A stretch of 62,694 nt of DNA, filler included, from Globobulimina sp. (Eukaryota), in NCBI GenBank assembly GCA_003354225.1. It is 14 parts of 14 records of this genome, joined end to end, with 100 filler letters (N's around TTAATTAATTAA, not from the genome) between each part and the next. Parts side by side here need not be neighbours in the genome. Positions count along the whole stretch, not along the records: positions 22,438 to 26,824 come from PIVH01001293.1; positions 26,925 to 31,310 come from PIVH01001294.1; positions 31,411 to 35,795 come from PIVH01001295.1; positions 35,896 to 40,279 come from PIVH01001296.1; 10 more parts are not named here. One strand, 5' to 3'. The notes under the pieces are model-generated. The model had not been told where the DNA came from and did not search any database. It saw only the letters and a list, made by a program, of their open reading frames with translations. This document shows, piece by piece, positions 24,679 through 36,758 of the stretch. Numbering within the stretch: position 1 is the first letter of the stretch; every line of letters starts with the position of its first letter. The translations under genes and the position numbers were made by a program.

Positions 24679-26169
24679 CTATAATAAATGAATAACATGT
24701 TTCTGATATCCAGTATGAATCATAAAGCCTCCATGGTTCGTATCATCCATAGTAATATGAATAATTTGTTTGCCATCATCCTCGCATAATTTATTTGCCT
24801 CACAAATGCCTTTTTCAATGGTCTTATATGGTATGACATGATCCAATGTCCCACTGATTACAATATGCGGTTTGTTGCATTTATCATTAATTAATTGGTG
24901 CGGATACAAACAATATTCCATCCAATGGAAATAGCGAGCGCCCATAGTAGCAATCATGATTTCTTTACCAATGAAAACTTGAAATAATAGCTTTTCAAAA
25001 TCTACCTCAACAATTCCTTGCAGTCTATTTGCTGCGGGGTCACTCATACAAAGTGTTGGAGCACCAATCAATATTAACCGAGGTATAATGCCCAATGAAT
25101 ATTCTTTTATCCGTTGATAGATCGCAGAACACATAAATGTACCAAAACTTTGTCCGACTAAATTCCATTGCAATCTTACTGTTTTATTTGAATTATTCCT
25201 TCCATCCACTGCTATTTTATTATGATTCAATATCATATTTTCTAAATCAAACACAATGTCTGTAATTTCATGCATTCGTAGTGGCAGTTTGTAATTTAAA
25301 TAACCACATTTTGAATATGGAATAAAATGGTTTATCATCATCTCACTCCATGGGATTTCAATTATAAATAAATTCTTGTCATATTGGTATTTTTCTATTA
25401 AACTGCTGATAAAAACTGTCCATTGCATGGGATTGGCAGCGCTGACACCGCCAAACAATAACATTGGCTGCATATTATCCATTGTTTTGAGTGTTTTGTT
25501 GAATCGAAACCAAACTTTTAGTCCTTTGATATATTTATATTTAAAATTAAAATGATATAAAAATATTGAGTTTGCAATTTGTTTTGAGATCGCAATGCCT
25601 AAATACATTGTGAATGGATGGTATATTATCGGTATTTTTTGTTTCTGTGTGGTACTGGCTACCATCTGTATATTTGCATTGTTTCCTTCTTCAAATTTGT
25701 ACTTTAATCTGCTTTCAATGTTTTTGAGGTGACTTGATATGAAGTTATCTCTCCATTCAATTTCTTTGCTGTCTAACTTGGATTTTATTGCTTTGTCATA
25801 CTGCAAGAAATATGCCCATGTTATAAAGTGTCGCATGTTTTCTTTTTTTATTTGGTGGAAGGAACAGTTGAATCTTTTTGCTAACCACTCACGGTATGAA
25901 CCATCGAAATATTCCAGATACATTTGTGAATATTTTGACATGGAAACAATTTTCTTTTTGTTAAATGGTGGTTGGACAATTGACACAGGAATGTTATTCA
26001 CATAATGTTCCAAATGTTTGTGTCGGAAATAAAAAATGGATTCACAAAATAATAGTATTGCTATGAATTTACGTAGTTTGGATACAGAAATATATGTTTT
26101 CAATTTCAATATTAATTTAAATAGCTTTTGAACCAGTTCACAAAACTTCCCAAATCCCATATTTCCCAA
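24679..26169 (-). CDS. Alpha/beta hydrolase fold protein (start uncertain)
   Basis: Nucleophile elbow GQSFG, acid SGTLDHVIP and His NHGG in the expected order. Confidence 0.75.
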   Translation of the reverse strand: MGNMGFGKFCELVQKLFKLILKLKTYISVSKLRKFIAILLFCESIFYFRHKHLEHYVNNIPVSIVQPPFNKKKIVSMSKYSQMYLEYFDGSYREWLAKRFNCSFHQIKKENMRHFITWAYFLQYDKAIKSKLDSKEIEWRDNFISSHLKNIESRLKYKFEEGNNANIQMVASTTQKQKIPIIYHPFTMYLGIAISKQIANSIFLYHFNFKYKYIKGLKVWFRFNKTLKTMDNMQPMLLFGGVSAANPMQWTVFISSLIEKYQYDKNLFIIEIPWSEMMINHFIPYSKCGYLNYKLPLRMHEITDIVFDLENMILNHNKIAVDGRNNSNKTVRLQWNLVGQSFGTFMCSAIYQRIKEYSLGIIPRLILIGAPTLCMSDPAANRLQGIVEVDFEKLLFQVFIGKEIMIATMGARYFHWMEYCLYPHQLINDKCNKPHIVISGTLDHVIPYKTIEKGICEANKLCEDDGKQIIHITMDDTNHGGFMIHTGYQKHVIHLL

Positions 26170-26924
26170 ATCCGATAGGATGTGATATTAGTCGGATTAA
26201 CAGAGTTTCGTTGACATGCTGAGGACTGATAAAAAAGAGTTAAGATGAAAATGTATATGATTGATCAGCAAGAAGCTTTCATGGGATACATTCACGAATA
26301 GAATTACAAATCCTATCAAAGTTATTCATAACAGCAAATGGATCCGGACACACAATAGGTCTTCGTTAAATTTTACAAATGATTATTCCTGTTTCCTCAA
26401 AGCCAGGATACATTTCAAAAATTTGTTCCGTTGATTTGTTCCGTTGATTAACTTACCAGACGGTTTAATATGTGATGTATAGATGTTATATGCCAATATT
26501 AACACAATCACAATATTAACACAATCACATGATCAAGCATCCATTTAAAATAACCTAAGATTTTTGAGCTCACTAGGAATGCCGTCATGATGGCACCCTG
26601 TGACAAAGCAAGACAAGTTTGAAAGATTGGATATCATAATACTAGGATTTGTATTGGTTATTATGAAGAAATTAAATGGAAAAAAGACATAAACAAAACA
26701 GGAAAAACACAAAAAATAAACGAAAAAGAAGCGGAAGAATTAAAAAACTAATATGGTCTCAATTTATTATATCTATATCTATTTGTATTATATAATTCCT
26801 ATATCTATATAATATCTTTAATTCNNNNNNNNNNNNNNNNNNNNNNNNNNNNNNNNNNNNNNNNNNNNTTAATTAATTAANNNNNNNNNNNNNNNNNNNN
26901 NNNNNNNNNNNNNNNNNNNNNNNN

Positions 26925-27608
26925 GGGGCAGCATGGGAGTTAATAAAATATTTTTTGCCATAGAAAAATATCATTATTTCAATTAATACGGTTGGTACAC
27001 CGCCCACATACTCATTTAGCTGTAGATTGCGTTCGCGTTCATGAATGTAACCAAATAATAATAACGATACGTCATCTCTTTTTTGTGTATGATTGTCATT
27101 GTTTGTGGTGTAAATAAAGCGTTGCCCACTGAATATGTAATTGCTCTGTGACACAAATCGCAGTGTAAAATACAATTCAGTCTGACAGAGAAATACCACA
27201 TAACTTTTGCAGGCTGTGATGGCGGGGATTTTGCATCAATGAACATATTTTTTATGATTCTGTAAATTTCATCATTTTGTTTTTGTTTGTTAATTATTGG
27301 TTTATTGAAGGGGAATAAGTGGTTATCGTCTTGGTCTAAATCGAAATCAATAAGTGAGCATTCTGATGGTCCAACTTCTAATTCTGATTCAATGTCTTCA
27401 TCATCAATACCTACATTCGACCGATTTTCGGAATGTTGTTAAGAACTAGTTTTTGTTTAAACAGAGAGAAAAACATACCATTTTCTGAACAATACAAGAC
27501 AAATTTTCCAATGTTATCATCATTAGTGTAGCTGTTAATTGATTTTAGGTTCTTAAATAGGTTGTAATATGTATGGAGGGATTTGTCTATTTGTTTAATG
27601 ATTGACAT
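26925..27608 (-). CDS. Hypothetical spliced protein, 3' partial
   Basis: Intron 27411-27478 keeps frame (YCSENG/IDDEDIESEL); later segment LLFGYIHE...VPTVLIEIMIFFY. Confidence 0.55.
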
Positions 27609-27850
27609 GGCTTTTCAATGATGAATGATTTACAGAGGGAATGTTTTTTTACTTAATATCCTACGATGTTTTGAATAAAACTTTACAAATATATTTATCC
27701 TGTAAAGTCAAATCCAATTCTTCACGAAGATGAAAAAGAGTATAGATCAGATGTGCAAGGATAAATACATCATAAAAACGAAAATATACAAAAGAGAAAA
27801 CGTTAACCACAACAAACGAAAGAAACCAATACAATGTTTATATATAATAT

Positions 27851-28594
27851 TCATTGGTTTATCCGTTTTTTGTTCCCCCTCAAATATGCTCCATACAATT
27901 GATATAACATATTTTCATCATTATCACCATATTCATAATAATCGTCATCATCATCATGCAATTCATAATCATTATAATCAACCTCTCCGATATGGGATGA
28001 ATATGAAAACCTCTTCCATTTAATTAAACTCTCTCCATCCTTTTTGGCAGCGTTCCGAAATGAAAACCTATCACCATTTGGCATCTCTGCATAATAATCC
28101 TCGGTTTGACCCCATTGTTTTAATAAAAATGCGGCATTATGTTCCCCGCGATTAGAATGAACCATTTCTGTGCCATATGGGTTTATATATTGCCATGCTT
28201 TGCTCATTAAACCACCCGAAGGATTCTTTAAAATTAATCTTTTTATCACTTCGATTTTCAGTCTTCTTCGATTTTCAAAAAAACTGCTTCTACCATTTTC
28301 TTTCATTGCCAATCGTTGCATTTCCCATTCTAATTTGCGTATTTTTTCCGCTTCTGTGCCTTTTATGAATTTAATATCTTCGCCTTGTTTCACGATCACT
28401 TCTAAAGATTTTTTAGATGAGTGCTCTCGCATTTTTTTCGAATCCCAATGCGAATTAACATAGTTAAATCTTATTTTTTTGGCATTTTTACCAGCATTGT
28501 TAATTTTTACGCTGTCCAAATATGTGATAGCGTCGGAGAGTGTTATAAACAAAAGAAACAGCCATGGCCACCAAGCTCTAGAAACCATGATCAA
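27851..28594 (-). CDS. Predicted secreted protein with acidic Tyr-rich C-terminal tail
   Basis: Signal-peptide-like WWPWLFLLFITLSDA, internal RRRL site and DYNDYELHDDDDDYYEYGD tail. Confidence 0.65.
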   Translation of the reverse strand: MIMVSRAWWPWLFLLFITLSDAITYLDSVKINNAGKNAKKIRFNYVNSHWDSKKMREHSSKKSLEVIVKQGEDIKFIKGTEAEKIRKLEWEMQRLAMKENGRSSFFENRRRLKIEVIKRLILKNPSGGLMSKAWQYINPYGTEMVHSNRGEHNAAFLLKQWGQTEDYYAEMPNGDRFSFRNAAKKDGESLIKWKRFSYSSHIGEVDYNDYELHDDDDDYYEYGDNDENMLYQLYGAYLRGNKKRINQ

Positions 28595-28794
28595 TTAACT
28601 AAAAAGTCGACAATAATTATATTATTTAATATTATTATAATGTAACGAAAGATGAAAGTGTTTTATATATACTGTATATTGTGCTGGTATATTTATCTAA
28701 CCTCTGTAAGAATAATTCATTAAAAACCTTTAGTTCAACAACCTTAGCTTACTTCTCTCTGTTTTCATCTAATCCTCTCTGTTTTCAAACAATT

Positions 28795-31124
28795 ATGACT
28801 GATGTTAACAATCTTGCAATAACCACACATTCTGCATGGTTATCAACTGCTGCATCACAGATATTCTTTATGGAATTAGGTATGTATTGTACGGAACTAA
28901 GGATCTACGGATCTATGCCTCTCGATAGCTATGCCTCTCGATATCGATATCGATATTTAGGATTTTTATGTTTAGAAGGCGGTTATGTTCAACCTGAATA
29001 CATACAGTCGTTAATAATAAAAAACATTGAAGATATATTTTTTGGTTTTACAACATATGCTGTATTTGGATATGCCATCGTAACCTACAATTATGAATAC
29101 ATTGCATTATATAACTTGCCATATTCTGAATGGGATTCAGTATTTGTTAACGCTGCATTTGCAGCAACAGCCGCGACTATTATGTCCGGTGCAATCTTAG
29201 AAAGAATGAAAAACATTGCATATTCTTTGTGGGTATTTGTCATAATATTAATAAACTATTCATTTATATCTCGCTGGATCTGGGAAAAAGATGGCTGGTT
29301 ATTCCAATTAGGTTTCATTGACTGTGCAGGCTGTTCCGCAGTGCATATGGTTGGCGGTATTGGCGGATTAATATTATGTTATTGTTTAGGTCCAAGATAT
29401 TCCTCTTTGCAGCATGTGAATGATCCGATGGACCAACATACGAAGACATTGAAAGAAAAGCATGCTCCGAGACAGTTATTGATAATGATCATGGGTTTGT
29501 CAAATCTGTTTTTTTTATGCACTTTAATTATTTAACTCTACTCCGTTCTGATTGTATTCTTTTCTTTTCAGGAACGTTAATTTTATGGTATGGCTGGGTC
29601 GCATTTAATACGTCATCACCAATCATAGCAGATGTTGGTATTGGTGGTAATGTTGGCGTAGCTGGCTTATTGACTGTAATATTGCCGTCGTGTTCAACTG
29701 TTTCAACCTACGCAGTAACATACTTACAATGGCCGAATTGGAGAATGTTAACAAACAAAGGCATAAAGCCAGGCACACCAATTATTGAAAGAAGCTCAGA
29801 AAATTTATCTATTGCTGTTTTAAGTGGTTTGGTGGTGGTCACTGCGTGTTGTTACACAATTAATTTGATATTAGCAATAATCATAGGTTTACTTATTCCC
29901 TTTCCAATATTTTGGGTATCATATTATTTACGTTCCAAATGGAAAATTGATGATCCCTTAGATGTAGTGGCAATACATTTGTTTGGTGGCATTATTGGTT
30001 TATTAGTTGAAGGTTTATGCAATTTGGATCACGGATTATTGACAACTGGGCGATTTAAACATTTCTGTGTACAATGTTTAGGCATCGCAGTGACTTTAAT
30101 ATTAAATGTTGTCTTGGATGTAATGTGGTGGTTAATGTTTAAACATATAATATTTAGAAACGCAGATATTAAAACAACGCCGTTATCGATTTGTTTGAGC
30201 ACTTCGAGACATAATGTTTTTATAATGGATTATGGTTTGGCTTTCAAAGAACTTATATTTGGCGATACTAATTTCTCCCGATCGTTATTGATCAAATTTC
30301 GTAGATATTTAATGAGTATTTATTGTGATGAACAATTAGATTTTTTACTGGCTGTGTATCAATACAGAAAATTATTTGAACAAAAAACGAGTTAAGTACA
30401 CATTATACATTGCTTATTCTATCCACATGTACGTGTTTAAAATTAAATAGCTTTGACTGGAATGCTTCCACAAAATGAACGTAAAACTCCGGTGATTATT
30501 CAAACACAAATGAAAAGAACAACGTCAGCGAATACAACGTCTATTACAAAATCAGACATATCAATTACAACCAATTCGGTGATTAACGATCTTTATAATA
30601 TTACTAATAAACAAATTAATAACTCGTTTACTTGTATTTGTAATTTGTATATTTTAAATGATTCCAGAAAACAAATTAATATTTCGTCAGCTGTAAAGAA
30701 ACAAATTATAACAAGATATGATGAAATAAATAAATTAAAAAAAGTAAAAAAAGAATATTCAGAATTAGTTGATATCGATAATGGTGTTGGTGTTGGCCAT
30801 AACGAAGGGAAAGAGAAAGATGAATTAATTGACACTATTATTGATAAAACAGTGTTTAATAAGGCTTTTATGGAAACGTTAAGATTAACTCAACATAATT
30901 TAAAAGTTTTTTTACAAAAGAATCATGGCGACCCATCATTGCAAGTTGAAAGGAAGACGCATGAAATAATATATGGCGTATGTACTGATACATATAATGT
31001 CGAGTGGTTTCATGAGCAAAACAATAATATTCAAATGTCAACAATAAAACCAGCAATTAAAAAAGCGCATGATATATGGACTTTTAAAAGCGTTGAAGAA
31101 GAGATTTGTGATATATTAAGTTAA
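28795..31124 (+). CDS. Ammonium transporter (Amt/Mep) fused to a C-terminal RGS domain; 4 exons, 703 aa
   Basis: Exons 28795-28879, 28961-29494, 29572-30390, 30451-31124, all GT-AG and in frame. Amt motifs FMELGF..LEGG, FAATAATIMSGAILER, DCAGCSAVH, WYGWVAFN, DDPLDVVAIH. RGS motifs FRRYLMSIYCDEQLDFLLAVYQYR, LYILNDSRKQINIS, VFNKAFME. Confidence 0.9.
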
Positions 31125-31212
31125 CACCTACCTTTTTTAATTTTTTTTTAATGTATATAATATATTTTCTACATATAATAACTTCATTTGTTCCTCTCGT
31201 TTTATATTATAT

Positions 31213-31310
31213 TATTACATTTTCAGTTTTTATAACAACAAGTTGTTTTTTTTTGTATATGAAATTTCAAATATAACTTTTTTGTTTGAGAAAAGTTATT
31301 TTTTTTGTCA
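31213..31310 (+). repeat. About 100-bp dispersed repeat shared with 39011-39120 (inverted)
   Basis: tattacattttcagtttttataacaacaagttg...gagaaaagttatttttttgtca matches the reverse complement of 39011-39120 with a few substitutions and one indel. Confidence 0.9.
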
Positions 31311-31430
31311 NNNNNNNNNNNNNNNNNNNNNNNNNNNNNNNNNNNNNNNNNNNNTTAATTAATTAANNNNNNNNNNNNNNNNNNNNNNNNNNNNNNNNNN
31401 NNNNNNNNNNGGTAAATCGTTACACATATC

Positions 31431-34400
31431 CTTTTTTTTTTTCGATAATTTTTTTTTTTGAAAGAAAGAGACCATTAAAAACTTATGGAATCTATGAAAT
31501 TAATTAAATAGGTTTGCATCAAACCACACAGTTACAATGTATACATATTCAAACAAGAACAAAATAACAAATGAAACATGCTGTCAATACACAAATAACT
31601 GGCAGACCCATTACGAAATATATGATACTGTATTTAAATATTGATACTTCACTAACTTTGCTTAAACCGATCTGTCTTCATTGTTATAGATCGAATAATG
31701 GTGTAACAGCGACACGGCGTTCGCTTTTTGCAATTTTGCTGAAATGAATTCGAAACAATATCCTGTTGATGTTGAGATATCATCATTGATTGAAGCTGCT
31801 CGTAGCTTCGCAAGTCTTTTGATAAATTTTACAGTTTGTTTATGCATTCCACCGTAATCTTCGAAGATGAGTGGTAGATAAATCAAACCATTAATCTTCT
31901 CACGGTTGTCGTGCAAATAATTCTCGTATTTGTTTATCTTGTGATTATAAAAGTTATTCGCCGCACTTAGTTTCTTTGTCGCAGCACTCTCAAAACGACT
32001 GTTGCAGACTACTGAGGTTACTCCGATGTCGACGGCTAGCGCTTCACCGTTGAGGCCCCAATTATTGATATAAATGTCGGCGGGTTTCATGTTGTTGTTG
32101 TCGAAAAGATGTCTTTTTTCAATGGAATGTTTGATATTGGCGGTGGTCAATAGGCGCGAGATACCATCGACAATCAAGTCGTGTTTATATATGATTCCTT
32201 GGCCATGTTTGCAAATTACACCATGGTCGCCATATTCATCAATTTGACTCTCACAACATATGCATTTTTCGTTGTTGATAATTAATTCATGTCTCAATTT
32301 ACGTTTGAGCAATATCCGGAATTTCGGATTGCTATAAATCATGCCGTAGCCATTCGACATCGGCGCATTAAGCCACGCGTTCGCGTTCCTATTGCATTGC
32401 GAGTAGAGCGCGGCTTTATGTTTACCGGACTTTGTAGATAACAGCCGGTTTAATTGTAGGGACTGTATTGCATTGATCATCCATTTCGTAGTATGGACAG
32501 CTGGGTCAAAGTCCGCTATGTAGTATCGCGCCGAAACTGAGGCGTTATACAAAGAAATCGCATATACAATTCGCTCATCAATGATTTTCATAAAATCCTC
32601 ATAAATCTCAGAATCCAGTAGTTTTTTACATATAGTTTTCGCGGCAAAGACCGATGGTAAATAGATCGCGCTAATTTTATCCGTTGCGGTGCGCATACCC
32701 AAACCAGCTTTTTTTGTCGATAGACTGCAATGTAAAAATTCATCATCCGATAATATAAAGCCTCCCATTATCGATAGCAATTCGCGTAAAACGGTGTCGT
32801 ATTTCCTTGCTACCATTAAACTGATATTAGGCGGCAACGAATTAAACCAATAGGCCATGCAAGAAATATTCACATAGTCCTTCATAACTTTGCATTGTAA
32901 GTGCACCAAGTCCAATCCTGCGATTTTATTGATGCTTTTCTTGATTTCATTTATTTTATAATCCATTTGTAATATAACATATTCCTCTGAACCTATCGGA
33001 ATGTTCAGGCATTCGGAGTTTCCATTTTGTTTGATTTTAAATTGTCTCAAATCATCAGATAATAAGTCCCAGATCGCGTCAATGCTGCCACTGCACGTTA
33101 ATACACTTTTGGATTCATTGAGAATGAAACCAAAGACGGGGCCTAATAATTTGACAACTGTGATGAAAATATTTGCGTCGGCAATTGTCATCAATTCAAA
33201 TGTGTCATCCACGTAACCGGCCTCGCCCAATTTTTTAAAGTCCGGTTTGATTTCCAGACATTTCTGCAGTACCAATTCATTGAAGTGTTTGGAGACAACG
33301 GCAGTTATGGTATTTGACGACGTGCTGCCTTGGCCCAGTCCTTCTTCGTTGGCTAACCACTCATTATTTGCCATATAGATATAATATGGTTTGTGGTACA
33401 GCTGAAATGCCTGCGGATACATTGTCGGCACAACGCGATGGATCAGGTCCAATGTGATTTTCCTACTGACGTTGTTGAAGAAATTACGCCAATCCTTTTG
33501 GAGGATGACGTATTCCGGGTTCTTCTTAATGAAATTAAGGGCGCCCTCGAACGCCATGACCATGCCCTGCGACCCGGATTTGTCCGCACTTATTTGCGTG
33601 GGTTCAATTGCGTTTTTTATCTGCGGGGCGGCTAAGTCCTGGCCAATCATCGTAGAGATTGTGATTAATGAGTTACTGATGATAATGGGACGAATGTCAT
33701 AAAATTTCCCATTCTTAATTTTATTCGCTGGGACCAATTTGCCCCCATTTATATACGGCGCCACCTCCTCGTTCATCCGGCCATTTATCATAAGTTTGAA
33801 AATCGCTTCGAATGCGTTTTCCAGCTCGGTGCCGGCTCTCTGTTTCCAGAGTTGTATAATATGATTATTTGAAATGCCGATGATTCCCGGCGCCGAGCAG
33901 TCATTTAATTTTTTAATGAATTTGTCAATGACTCCGGTTTCTATCTTCTTTGTTATGTGCTGATCCGTAATGGCCTTTTTCTCCACAATTTCAGCAGCTT
34001 CATTTTTTCGGGATCGCGCAGGTCTGCGATGCCATTGCTATTAATAATATTCAATGCATCCCTTGTATGGCCCCTTGCGACTAATTTCTTGATTTTGTCT
34101 ATCGTTTTGCTTGCAAAGATGCCATTTTTGTTGCTGAGGGTGCTCTTCTTTAAGATATACGATTCGTTGCTGTCTGGGATGTCATGGACCATCTAATGGT
34201 ACATTTCAATGATTTCATCCTTCGCAATGCGATCCATTCTCTTTTTCAACGTGTTGTAATTCCTCTTATTATTTCCGCGTCCGCCACGTTTAAATTTGGC
34301 CAATCCGACTCTCGCAAATAACGCTAATTTTATCCACGAAATAAGATCGTTGTTGACAATCACGCTTCGAATGAGGTATACAAACGTTTTGATCACAAGT

Positions 34401-35795
34401 TTGCTGAAACGGATTGGAATATTTTCCATCCATCGCAGTTTACTGAACCAGATGTTGTTGAATGTGGGCGTCGTCGTGTTCTGCGTCGCTGATTGAACCT
34501 CGACATGCATTTTTTGCTCATTTATTTGCGACATTGAGGGTTCGTTCAGATCTTCAATCGACGGCTTATTTAATTGCTTAAATGTTGCAAACGTAATATT
34601 TTTCGTGCATTCGGTGCAAAATGCATTTGGATCAGATTCGGCTAAGAGCGTCGTGCAATTGTCAGTGTCGCACAGTTTCTCCCGAAAAACACTAAAATAT
34701 TTCGTATTTACATGGTCGGCATCGCCCAGTTTGGATATAATATGCTTCGTTAATGTCGAGCGTCTCAACCAGTTCTTTTTGTGTGCTTCGCAATTCGCGA
34801 TGTCACATTTGTACGTATTACGGCAGCCATCTGTTTGTATACAATTTACGCAATGCCATCGGTTATAGAATAGCGCGGAATTTGCATCAATGTCAACCCC
34901 ATCGAATTTGACTTGCGTCTGACACTCGGCACAGACTATAAACTGTCTTGCCGTGTCACTTTGGGCTGTTTCTGATACGTTGGGCGCTTTTTGGGTCGCG
35001 TTTACATCCAAAACTATCGGTATTGGCTGCTGCTGATTTACATTTGCTTCCATTACACCTAAATTTGCCACCTTGCCACCATCGTTGTTCCCATTTGCCA
35101 TCCTTTGATCCCCCGCATCCGTTACATGCATGGTACGAACGACCATGTCATCATCGTCTTCACTTACAACGAGATCGGTCGTTTGTTGTTGTCGTACCTG
35201 ACTACACACAGTACGTCGTTTCCTCTGTGCCGGAATGTCACAGTCATCCCCCTCGGGATTGTTAAAGGTCACTCGATTTGCTTCCGGTTCAATGGCATTG
35301 TATTTGCGTTTCCGGCCCTGTTTCCGTCGTTGTTTGACACGGTGTGCTATGTTGTTGGTGCCATCGCAATCGCCGTTATTGGGCTCATCATTGAACCACA
35401 GGTCAGTTTGTGTCGGCGTTATAATATTCGCTGTGCAGTCATATTGTGTTCTTGCTTTATAGTATAGATCTCGGTGATAATTGTTTAGAAAATCTGGGGG
35501 CGTTTCCCAGTTAGATTCCAAGCTAAAAAGATGTTCATTGCGCGCCTCGTATTGCGCAAATGATTCGCCTTTGCATTCTATGAAGTCGTCTGTCTGAACG
35601 CCATTCGACTCTGTTTCTAATATGTTATGATTGCACGTGTTCACAATGTCAGCATTGTTGGCAGTGTGCACTTCCTCGCATGATTTGTTGTTGGTGTTTA
35701 AATGTTTGTTTTTGATCTGTGTCATTTGCTTATTTTTTATGAGGGGTTGTTTGGGTGTTTGATGCTTCATTGTTGTATAAAGTCTGGATAGATAT
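31431..35795 (-). mobile_element. CRE-like (RLE-endonuclease) non-LTR retrotransposon, decayed
   Basis: N-terminal zinc-finger motifs; RT (IRPIII, GLGQGS, YVDDT); CICC..HGVIC knuckle with KHD; RLE KPADI..AVDIGV..KINKY..PLIFEDYGG; A-tracts after the 3' UTR at 31431-31459. Confidence 0.9.
31662..35770 (-). pseudogene. Retrotransposon polyprotein (ZnF-RT-RLE) with one stop and one frameshift
   Basis: In-frame TAG at 34193-34195 between ORFs 34193-35770 and 33953-34192; frameshift near the A6 run at about 34003-34008 into ORF 31662-33986. Confidence 0.85.
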
Positions 35796-35895
35796 NNNNN
35801 NNNNNNNNNNNNNNNNNNNNNNNNNNNNNNNNNNNNNNNTTAATTAATTAANNNNNNNNNNNNNNNNNNNNNNNNNNNNNNNNNNNNNNNNNNNN

Positions 35896-36370
35896 ATGAT
35901 ATACCAATATTTATTTTACCATTTATTTTCTTTAAGCTGGTTGGCATTTGCTGTGCTGACCATGGAAATGCAATTCCTTCCTCATTCAAATATTCCTCAA
36001 ATACGAATTTGGCCAAACTATTTTTTCCAATTATGAGCAAACTCAGACCTCTGCGTAATTCCAATGGGAATAACTGCCCTCTTTCAAATGTTACATTTAA
36101 AGTCATACGTTTTCCACATATGTTCCATACAAATAATGTCGGATTTGATGTTTTTGCGAATAACACAGAATAATACGGTCCACCTTTATTTTCATTGTTT
36201 CTGTTCGAAAATAGAGTAAGTTCATAATTTGCAACATCTGGTGCCAAATCCAAATCGATTCCACAGCTCCTCAAATTCTTCAAATCACATTGCACTGTGA
36301 GTCTTTTTATTTTGTTATTGGGCGGCACAAAGAAAATGCAATTCGAAAGATCTACACTATCAAATGACAT
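35896..36370 (-). CDS. Hypothetical protein, 3' partial
   Basis: ATG-initiated ORF open to the contig edge; no recognised motif. Confidence 0.45.
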
Positions 36371-36758
36371 GGCTCAAAAGGAAATAATTGACAATTAGAT
36401 GTATAAAATTATTATAATTAGTTTAATATTCGGACTTATTCCCGATTATGAGTCACTTTTCCATAAATAATCCTTCGTTTCGTGGCCTTTTGTATATACC
36501 ATATGCCATATTGCCGAATTCAGAGTTAAATTGTTGACACTAAAAAACTTAGAATAGAAAATATTATTTTGCAACGTTCAAAAGTTATTTCAATTCTTCA
36601 AGATTAATACCTTTTGTTTGTACATTTAAATTACGTACAGGTTAGATGTTCACAAAAACAACCATTCTATGGTATGGATCATGAATTCACACAAAAAAAC
36701 TAATAATAAAAAAACAAATTAATTATAATACATATGTACGCGTATTATACTATGTACA

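Noticed and set aside
28880-28960. 27-aa insertion (MYCTELRIYGSMPLDSYASRYRYRYLG) in the first Amt helix
   Set aside because: It is an 81-bp stop-free GT-AG intron with internal repeats; removing it restores the FMELGF..LEGG motif
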